Assembly (NCBI GenBank): GCA_004431415.1
Contig: QPMI01000243.1
Location: 1-64,000, forward strand
Source of the DNA: Cyanophora paradoxa CCMP329
Lineage: Eukaryota; Plantae; Glaucophyta
Direction of reading: 5' to 3'
Length of the DNA stretch: 64,000 nucleotides
Position numbers and translations under genes: made by a program. How positions within the stretch are numbered: position 1 is the first letter of the stretch; every line of letters begins with the position of its first letter. The notes under the pieces were generated by a model that saw only the letters and a list, made by a program, of their open reading frames with translations, was not told the origin of the DNA and searched no databases. Positions 47,645 through 56,938 of the stretch are shown here, one piece after another.

Positions 47645-50357
47645 CTAGCCGCGCAGCAGCGCCTCCGCGTCTGCCACGAACTCGGAGACCTGCCCGGAGC
47701 TCAGAAACGGGGGGAGAAGGGGCGAAACGACGGCGGACGCGCCTTGCGCTGGCGCTCGCGGTCAGACTCGACGACCAGCGCGCGCGCGCGCTCGAGCTGC
47801 GCCCGCATCCCGTCGCTGAGCTTGCGCCAGCGCGCCTCGGCGGCGCCCATCTCCTCGCGGTGCTGCGCCGCCAGCAGCGCCTTCTCCCGCTCGGCGCCCT
47901 CGACCCGCATCGCCAGCTCCTTGCTCTTCACCTCCAGCTCCCCCATCTTCTGCACCTGCTCGGGGGTGAGGGGCGGGCGGCCTGGGGAGAGGCGGCGCCG
48001 GCGTAGGGGCACCTGCTCGCGCATGGCGGCGAGGGCGCGGTCGGAGGCGGCGCGCTCGGCCTGGGCGACGGCGAGCTGCTGCTCGAGGCTCATGCGCTCG
48101 CCGCGCTCCGCGTTGCGCGCGATCTCCATCGTCGTCAGCCGCTCCTGCACCTCCGCCACGCGCTTCAGCAGGTCCGCCTGCGTCTTCGCCGCCGACTCCT
48201 GCGCGGCCCGCGCCGCCTCCTCGTGGCTCCGCTGCAGCGCCTCGAGGTCCTTCTCCAGCTGCCGCGCCCGGCTGTCCGCGTCCGCCGCCAGCCGCGCCTG
48301 CCGCTCGGCGTCCCGGTTGTGCTCCTCCACTGCCTTCCGCAGCGCGTCCCGCTCCCGCGAGAGGCCCTCCAGCCGCGCCGTCAGGTCCCGCTCCAGCGCC
48401 GAGAGCTTCCGCTCGTACTCCGCCCGCGCCTCCTCCCGCCGCAGCGCCAGCTCCTCGTCCTTCCCACGTGCCGTCTCCCGCGCGCTCTCCAGCTGCGCCC
48501 GCAGCGAGGCCAGCTCGCGCTGCGCCGAGCCCTCGCGCTCCTGTGCCTCCGCCCGCGTGCGCGCCGCCGCCTCCTCCGCCGCCTCGGCGCGCGCCGCCGC
48601 CCGCTCCGAGGTCGCCACCGCCGCGTTGCGCTCGCCCTCGGCCACCTCGCGAGCCTTCTCCGCCCGCTTCAGCGCCGCCTCCGTGCGGCCCCGGTCCGCC
48701 TCGAGCTCCGCCGCCCGCGCCTCGGCCCGCCGCAGCGCGCCCTCCGCCTGGATCCGCCCCAACCGCTGCTCCTCCGTCCTGTGCGCCCTCGACTCAGCCC
48801 GGCGCGGCGCGGCGGGCAGCTCCGGGGCGGGGCGGGGGCGCGCCGGTCCTTCTCGGCGGTGAGGGCGACCTCGAGGGCCTGGGAGGCGTCGGCGCGGGCG
48901 GTGAGGAGGGCCTTGGCGTCCTCCAGCTGCGAGACGAGAGCCTCCAGCTCCCGCTGCCGCCGCTGCAGCTCGTCGTGCACCCGCGCGTTCTGGCGCCGCC
49001 GCCCTCAGCGCCGGCGCGGGGGCGAGGAGGAGCGCGGGGGCGGGGCAGCGCGGACCTCAAGGAGGGTGCGGTCGAGCTCGACGTTCTGCTCGGTGCGGCG
49101 GCGCTCGTCGGCCGCGCGCAGGGCGCGGTTCCGCTCGAGCGCCGCCTGCACAATCTCCACCGTGTCCTCCAGCACCCCGTTGCCCCCGATCTGCCCGCCC
49201 GCAGCCGCTGAACGGTGGCGGCGGGACGAGGGCGCGGCGGAGCGGGCGTGGAGGCACCTTGAGGTCGGTGAGGAAGCTGTTCTGCGAGACGGCCTCCGCG
49301 ACGGCCCGCCCGCCCACGACGCCCAGCGAGTTCCAGCGCAGATCGCAGCTCCGGATGCCGAAGTTGAGGGAGAGGACGGCCGCCAGCTCCAGGCCGCCGG
49401 CCGGCCCGATCCGGTTGTTGCGCAGGTCGAGCTGCCGCCCGGGCGGGCGCGTCAGCGAGGCACGGCGAGAGAGGAGGGCGAGCAGTGCGGTTCTGTCGCT
49501 TCAGCGGTAGTCTTTATCACGAGCCGATCGACGGCAACGCGGCACCCAAGGGGGCATGTTCGCGGGCTTATTGTTCACTGGCAGGCGGGTGACGGGGGAA
49601 CAGTCACGCGCCGCCAGCGCCGCGGTTGATATATTCCGGGTGACGGACGAGCGTCGCCTGATTCTATCGGCTGCCTCGGCGAGAGAGATTCCGGAGGCGC
49701 TCGGGAAACGCCGCCCAAGGGCGCGCCTCGGCCGACGGCTCTCAGATTACAAAAAATTGGCTTTCTTCCATCCTTAGCGACTGAGCTGAAGGCTAGATTC
49801 CCGCTCGCACCTGGTGTATCGTGTTGGATTTTGCCAGCACCTGGCACATCAGCTTCATGGCGTCTTCGCTGAGCCCCAAACTGTTCCACTCCAGCAGGAG
49901 AGACTCCACGTTGGGGAACGCCTGCAGGAATGCCAGAATCGTCTCACCCCTGTGAATGTTGCACCCTCTGCGGAATGCTTCAATCTTAGCTTTCTGGCTG
50001 ACCTCAAATCATAGCTCCATGGCCGAAAATTTGAATGTGGCCGTCGCACGCGCACCTTAAGTTCAAACTCCGAATCGCCGTCACATTCGACGACAGACGC
50101 GCTTCACTCAACCGATCCAGCAGCGCGGTGTCCCCGAGGCACGAGTCCGCGAAGCTAAGTACGGATGGGTCATCGGCTTGAGGCGTGGAGGAGCTGCCGG
50201 AGGCGCCGAGCGAAGCGCTAGCAATCCCCGCGGGCTGAGAGGCGCTCTCGCGCATCGCCGCTGTTGCGAGCTTGGAGCCGGACGCGCCCAGCGTCGGCAG
50301 CCCACGCGCCGGTGCTGCCTGCGCCCCGATCGGCGGCAGTGATGCCACCGTCGGCAT
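47645..50357 (-). CDS. LRR + long coiled-coil protein, LRRC45-like
   Basis: LLLEWNSLG, LDLRNNRIGPAGGLELAAVL, CDLRWNSLGVVGGRAVAEAV, then a long heptad-rich region. Confidence 0.78.
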
Positions 50358-50820
50358 TTTCGCCGATTTCCGGGTTCCAGCTCAGACTGCTGCTGCAACG
50401 TCTCGACGAGCCCTGTACCCGTGACAGTGACAGTCGACGTCCCGGCACGAGCTCGAGCCCCGGCCCCGGACCCCGCACCGGATCCGGACCCTGAGGCGCC
50501 CGGCTCCTCGTCGGCGGCCCCGCCACCGGCGAAGAGGCAGCGCCTGCAGTTTAGCTAGCTATACCTATGGCTAGCGCTAGCTAGCGCTAGCGCTAGCTCC
50601 TCGATCGCGAGCTAGCTCTCCGTTGGTTGACCACCAACCTCTTCCGCCCACAGTCTTGTGCGGCGCCGGTTAGCGCGTAGACCGGATAGAGGGGCTCCGT
50701 TCCCCAGGACTCTCCCGGCCCTTTGTTCACAGCGTCGAAGTCGTACCATATACACGTAGTGTGTGCTGTACCCGTAGACGCGTGTCACAGGCCGAGTTTG
50801 TTCAATTGCATCGATGCATC

Positions 50821-52109
50821 ATGGCATGCGTTCGTGCCGACCCCTTTCGTACAATCGAGGTGCGCCGACCGTCGCTCCACCTCGCACGGAGCACGCGCCT
50901 CACGGAGCAACGGCGCTCGCAGCATGGAAGTCAGCCCGCTCCGGATAGCTTCGAGCTCATACAGGATATGCAGACCGATTCGCACGGGTCCGCTCGCCGC
51001 AGGCCGGCGAATCGAGCCGCGCTAACCCCGACCGCCGTGCAGTCGCGCGCGAGGACTACCAACCGATGCGCTGCAACTCGTCTCCTTCCTGCAACTTCGA
51101 AGCTGGTGAGCCAGCTGCTTTGGCCGCGCCGATCCGGTCCTGTTCCGCGTGCTCGCCGCACGCGACGATGCCCGCTGAACGCGTCCCGCAGAGACGAGCG
51201 CGGCAGCAAGGAGATCTACAGCATCGCGCTTCGTCGCAGCGACCGCATGCGCGGCGCTGGTCGCACTAGGATTCGCCGGCAGTTCGGCCCCCGCATACGC
51301 CAGCGGAGTCGCAGTGTCAAAGAAGGTGCGGAGCGCCTGCGCTCGCATCCTCCCTCGCGCCCCCGACGCGCGTGGCCGCCAGGCGATCGCGGTGCTGAGT
51401 GGAACGATGAACAACGAGAGGGTCAACGGGATCTTCCGGTTCACGCAGGAGAAGGTGGCTCCGCTCCCCCCACGCGCCGCGCAGCGCCGCAGCCGCATTC
51501 GCCGCCTCATGCGCGTCGCGCGCAGGAGGGCGCACCGGTGCACGTCATCGGCGAGGTCAACGGGCTGACGCCAGGCGAGTCGCGCGTGTCCTCGTCGGCG
51601 GCCGATACAGCTCTGCTGAACTTGGCGGGGGCGCGCGCAGGGCTGCACGGGATCCACATTCACGCTCAAGGAGACGTCTCGTTTAAGGTGCCGCGCCGCT
51701 TCTCTGCGCGAGCGCCGGCCAGGCCGCGCGCGCGGGCGGCCGAGGCGTGGCGGCAGGACGGGTCGGGGGTCGGGGGCCACTTCAACCCGTCGGGGAGCTC
51801 GCACGGGGACCCGGACGGGAAGGAGCGGCACGCGGGGGACCTGGGGAACCTCGTCGCCGACAACCGCGGCATCGCCACCATCGACCGCGAGTACGACACC
51901 GGCATGCAGGTCCGCCCCCGAGGGCGCGAGCTGCCCGCCGCCGTCCCCTCTGCTTCACTGACGCCCGGCCTGTGCAGCTTTCCGGCTCGAAGTCGATCAT
52001 CGGGCGGGCGCTGGTCATTAACACCGACCCGGACGACTACAGGACGCAGCCGAACGGCAACTCGGGCGCCGCCATCGCCCAGGGCGTCATCGGCATCTCC
52101 GTCAACTAG
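50821..52109 (+). CDS. Cu/Zn superoxide dismutase-like protein with bipartite plastid/thylakoid-like targeting; start region frameshifted and catalytic residues substituted (possible pseudogene)
   Basis: GLTPGLHGIHIH, GGHFNP, RHAGDLGNL, SIIGRALVINTDPDD, GNSGAAIAQGVIG. The upstream exons splice in frame to AFVPTPF...RR...AALVALG...AYA. Confidence 0.85.
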
Positions 52110-53129
52110 CCCCGCGGCGCCCGCCCGGGGGCCTCAGCCCGCGGGAGCCCCTCCCGAGCCAAGCCCGCGGCCGGCCCCTTCTGGGGCCCCGGTGGGCAGT
52201 CGCCAAGCGTTCAGCCCGGAGGCTGCCCGGCCCGGGGGCCCTCTGGCCTGGCACCTGCCCTCGTCGTCTTCCCTTTTTGCCCAGCCGTCCTTCAGACTTT
52301 TCGGTCCATCGCCACCACTTTCGCGTGCATATGTACCAATTTGGTTACTGTGATACGTATACGTTAGTTCGAATCTTCAGAAGGCTTACTTGCAAATGTG
52401 ATGAATAGGTATACGTGATATTGGTGCATGTCGTAGTCAGTCTAAACATTCAATTTTGCAATCGCGATGCATTAGCCTTCATGATCAAAATCACTGGTCA
52501 GGAATCGAAGCCGGTGCCCCGGCTGCGGCGGCCGCAGATGCAGGGCCGCGGCCGGCGCGCGCGCTGGCGCCGGCGCCGCGCCGCGGCCGGCGCGCGCCGC
52601 CGGCGCCATGCGGTGCGGCGGCCAGACGGCCCATGGGCCATATGCATACGGCATCCGATGATCTCGATCTAGATCTCGAAGTCTGCCGCACGCAGCTGCA
52701 TGCGCAGGCCAGACCGTCGGACCCCTCGCATGGCCAGAGGAAGTCGGACCTCGAATTTCGTTTGTTTGCAATTGGTAAAAGCAAAACCCGTAAGACGACC
52801 TGGGCCCCCACGCTCGCCTGGAATGAAGGCGAACGGGCCGGGCGGTCATCAACGCCACGCCTCTGGCAAAGCCAGGGAACGCAGCACCTTCACGCTCAGG
52901 GGCCCAGGTTATGCTTCCGCATCCGGGTTGAGAGGTTTGTCTTTTTAGAAAGACATGAGAGATTGACCGAACTGTACACTGATCCTGTACGAGTAAGGTC
53001 TTAATCGTACAATTCGGCGGAATCGCTTTTTGTACTCCCGCGCGGAGCCGATCGCACCACACGTCGCGGAGGCCGCGGGGTCCTCCCAGCGCGCCTCGAG
53101 CGCTCTTCCGCGTCGCTGCTGTGCTTTCC
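52087..53129 (+). repeat. Direct duplication, unit 1 (SOD-like 3' end, 3' flank, U3)
   Basis: Near-identical to 54238-55308 at an offset of about 2151 bp. Confidence 0.95.
52783..53002 (-). ncRNA. U3 snoRNA, copy B
   Basis: AAGACCUUACUCGUACAGGAUCA..., boxes B and C and stems as in copy A; carries a 5-nt insertion relative to copy C. Confidence 0.85.
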
Positions 53130-54237
53130 TTCGCGTCGCTTTGATTGCGGGGTACAGAATTGCCTCAGGGCTGGGTATAGGTTTCGCTCCGCTCCAACGC
53201 TCTGACGTACTGTTCGAGCAGCAGATTGGCGTAGTTAAATCGCTGTCGGGGAGATTGCTGCTTGCGTGCCGCGGAGATCTCCGCCGCCAAGCGAGAAGGA
53301 GGCCAGAGGCGACCCATGGCCAGCGACATCAACTGCGACCCAGCGATCCAGCGACATCCACTGGTGATGCCGCAGATGTTAACCGAGCTGCAACTGCAAC
53401 GTTCGGCAGCTGAAGAGAGCTGGCGGTCCGTCGGACGCCGGGCACGCCGCCAGCTCGTCGGCATCGAAGGCTAAAGCGGGACGCATCGGAGGCTGCGGTG
53501 GAGTCGTTGGTGTTCTAGTCCGCCGATGCCTCGCGGAGGACGAAGCCAGACCGTCCCGCAGCCCCATCCCGGTGATTCAGGCCAGTCGCCCGCGCACATG
53601 AGTCGGCTGAAGTGGGAGTGCGAGGACCAGGCACGGTCACGGGCGGCAAAGCTGTCGCAATAAGCGAGGTGCGGCTCCCGGCGCTGGCGGCGCAGGGGTC
53701 GCCGGAGCCAGCCCGGGTTCGGGCGGCGCAGGAGCGAGCAGCGGCGGCGGCGACGAGGACGGGACGAGGTATGCGGCAACCTTCTCGCCGAGTGCAGCGC
53801 CCGCCGCGCCACCGAGTCCCGTGCCGCCGGTGCCGCCTGCGTCCCGGCCCCAACCCCGCTGCGCGGCGTCGAGGGGAGCGGCCGCAGAGCTCAAGGCGCT
53901 TGGCAGTCGTCGGCCTGGACCTCCGCGTCGAGGAGCGGGAGGTCGGCCCCCGCCCCACTGCCCTACCACCAGCCACCCCGCCCTGCGGCGGGCGGCGCTC
54001 CCAGCCCCCAGCACCTCCCTGCACGACCCCGCGGAGGCCGGCGCGGCAGCAACGGCGGTAGCAGTGGCGGCGGCGGCAGCGGTGCGCGGGTCGGACGTGG
54101 ATGGCTGCCGCTCGCAGGCGGTGAGTGGCGGCGTGTCGCTCAACGACGGCGGCACTCGCGGCTGCTGGTACAGAGGCTCGGAGGAGGGCGATGCGTGCCA
54201 CAGAGAGGAGGCCCCCTGCAGGCAGCCCTGCAGAACT

Positions 54238-55308
54238 TCATCAGCATCTCTGTCAACTAGCCCCGCGGCGCCCGCCCGGGGGCCTCAGCCCGCGGGAGCC
54301 CCTCCCGAGCCAAGCCCGCGGCCGGCCCCTTCTGGGGCCCCGGTGGGCAGTCGCCAAGCGTTCAGCCCGGAGGCTGCCCGGCCCGGGGGCCCTCTGGAAC
54401 TGGCACATGCCCTCGTCGTCTTCCCTTTTTGCCCAGCCGTCCTTCAGACTTTTCGGTCCATCGCCACCACTTTCGCGTGCATATGTACCAATTTGGTTAC
54501 TGTGATACGTATACGTTAGTTCGAATCTTCAGAAGGCTTACTTGCGAATGTGATGAATAGGCATACGTGATATTGGTGCATGTCGTAGTCAGTCTAAACA
54601 TTCAATTTTGCAATCGCGATGCATTAGCCTTCATGATCACAATCACTGGTCAGGAATCGAAGCCGGTGCCCCGGCTGCGGCGGCCGCAGATGCAGGGCCG
54701 CGGCCGGCGCGCGCGCTGGCGCCGGCGCCGCGCCGCGGCCGGCGCGCGCCGCCGGCGCCATGCGGTGCGGCGGCCAGACGGCCCATGGGCCATATGCATA
54801 CGGCATCCGATGATCTCGATCTAGATCTCGAAGTCTGCCGCACGCAGCTGCATGCGCAGGCCAGACCGTCGGACCCCTCGCATGGCCAGAGGAAGTCGGA
54901 CCTCGAATTTCGTTTGTTTGCAATTGGTAAAAGCAAAACCCGTAAGACGACCTGGGCCCCCACGCTCGCCTGGAATGAAGGCGAACGGGCGGTCATCAAC
55001 GCCACGCCTCTGGCAAAGCCAGGGAACGCAGCACCTTCACGCTCAGGGGCCCAGGTTATGCTTCCGCATCCGGGTTGAGAGGTTTGTCTTTTTAGAAAGA
55101 CATGAGAGATTGACCGAACTGTACACTGATCCTGTACGAGTAAGGTCTTAATCGTACAATTCGGCGGAATCGCTTTTTGTACTCCCGCGCGGAGCCGATC
55201 GCACCACACGTCGCGGAGGCCGCGGGGTCCCACCCATTCGGGAGCGTCGCCCCTCTCCTTGCTCCCAGCGCGCGTCGAGCGCTTTTCCGCGTCGCTGCTC
55301 TGCTTTCC
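54238..55308 (+). repeat. Direct duplication, unit 2
   Basis: Near-identical to 52087-53129; retains ~30 nt upstream of U3 that unit 1 lacks. Confidence 0.95.
54935..55149 (-). ncRNA. U3 snoRNA, copy C
   Basis: 215 nt, same boxes, perfect stem CCUGGGCCCC/GGGGCCCAGG, ends CGGGUUUU. Confidence 0.88.
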
Positions 55309-55479
55309 GGGGCGCGCGGTCGCGCCGGCGCGCGGCAGCCGCGGTCCAACCGCCGCCGGCGATCGGGGCGGAGCCGGCCGGTTCGAAACGATGATGTTGA
55401 TGTACTGGAGCCAGGTCCGGCTCGGCAGGTCTGCGCGCGCTGCGCTAGCGGAGATCGGCCGGGTCGATCGCCACGCGAT

Positions 55480-56495
55480 CTCCGGGAAAGGGTTCGACTC
55501 CCGGCGGGTCGCACCTTTTGGCGGGAGGATCTCAGCAACCGGCTGGGCCACTTCGAGTCTCGTTTGAGCCTCCCTCGCCGGCTGCGCTGGTAGTTAAAAC
55601 ATGGAGATCCGCGGCGGCATTGCGGCAGCAGCAGCTATGCAGCAGCGTCATGTCTCCGGACAACACGATCCGGGGGGCCGCTGAAAGCACTTCAACGAGG
55701 CCAAGACGCACCCCGACACGCTGGCCTCGGCCCTGACGCAGGCCATGCGTCTGTCTCAGCGGGATGCGGTGCGCACCATCTAGATCCACGTGCACGATCG
55801 CCTCGGGGTCGCTGTTCTGCATTTGACCATGCCGCGCTGCGCCATGCGCAGGTCCGTTCAATGTCGGCCGTGCTGATGCGCGGCCGCGGTCGGCGCATCA
55901 TGACCCGCGAGAATTCGAACGAGACCCTGTGGACGGCGATGCAGGCGGAGACGCAGCAGTACGTGAAGACCGAGCTGGTGGCGGCGGTCGAGAGCGAGCC
56001 GCAGCACCACATCCGCAACAAGATCTGCGACACCCTCTCTGACCTCGCGGCGCTCGAGCTCGAACACGGTGCGCCCCCGCGCGTGCCGGGCCGGGCGGGA
56101 CGCGTACGGGGCGGGGGCGGGCAGCCGAGTGTGCGGCGCGCAGGTGGGGACGTCGAGTGGCCGGAGCTGCTGCCGGTGATGTTCAACTGGACCAAGTCGC
56201 CGCGCGCGAAGCTGCGGGAGTCGGCGCTCTGCATCTTCGCGAACCTCGCGAACTCGATCGCGGAGAAGCTGCAGTCGATGATGGGCGCGCGTGATTCTCG
56301 TCATTCCGAAGATCTGAAGGCCACGCTTGCCGACTGTGTCCAGGACGTGCGCCGGGGCCCGCGCGCTCGCCCCGCCGCCCCGCCCCGCCGCGCGCCGACC
56401 CCGCGCAGGTGCTGCTGGCGGCGCTGCGGGCGACGGGCAATTTTCTCACCTCCATCGAGGACGAGAACGCGGCCCTTCCGAAGTGTCGACCTCCT
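55480..56495 (+). pseudogene. Importin-5 5' fragment pseudogene (DNA-level inverted duplicate, introns retained)
   Basis: Aligns to the reverse complement of ~31095-32170. The start region is deleted, it has frameshifts, and it is truncated after TSIEDEN. Confidence 0.92.
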
Positions 56496-56938
56496 CTCGA
56501 AATTTACATGATCTCCATCTGGCGGAGTTCTTCTACTGAGAATTCGTCTTTAATTTTCCCCCTTCTGACCGATCGTGCACGGATCCCGGCCCCCGTCGAA
56601 GGCCTCCCCTCCGCATTAGTTCCCCTCTATCCTTTTTTTTCTGGATCCTTGAATATTGGATCTGATGATCATGATCACGTACGCGTGTGCTGATAGTTTG
56701 ATCGTGATCATGATCATGATCACATTCAGCTTAAGCCCTGCGCCGCGGCGCGTTAAAAATTACAGCCCTGCCCTTAAGCCTGCTTACATGCAAGCTCTCG
56801 AGAGCAAGCTTAGCTCGAGCTCGCTGATTGCAAGCCGGCAATCATGAAATCTGGTATTGAACGTATACTGACTCATGATCATGGGGGGGGGGGGGGGGGG
56901 GGGGGAGAGGGAGGGGGAGTGTGTAGCCTGGGTTATAG

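Noticed and set aside
50620-50720. Cluster of small hairpins in the LRRC45-like/SOD-like intergenic region
   Set aside because: No recognisable RNA family motif; expected by chance at this GC content.
52395-52450. Possible C/D snoRNA (AATGTGATGA...CTAAACATT)
   Set aside because: Box D is non-canonical, the element is short, and I could not identify an rRNA guide.
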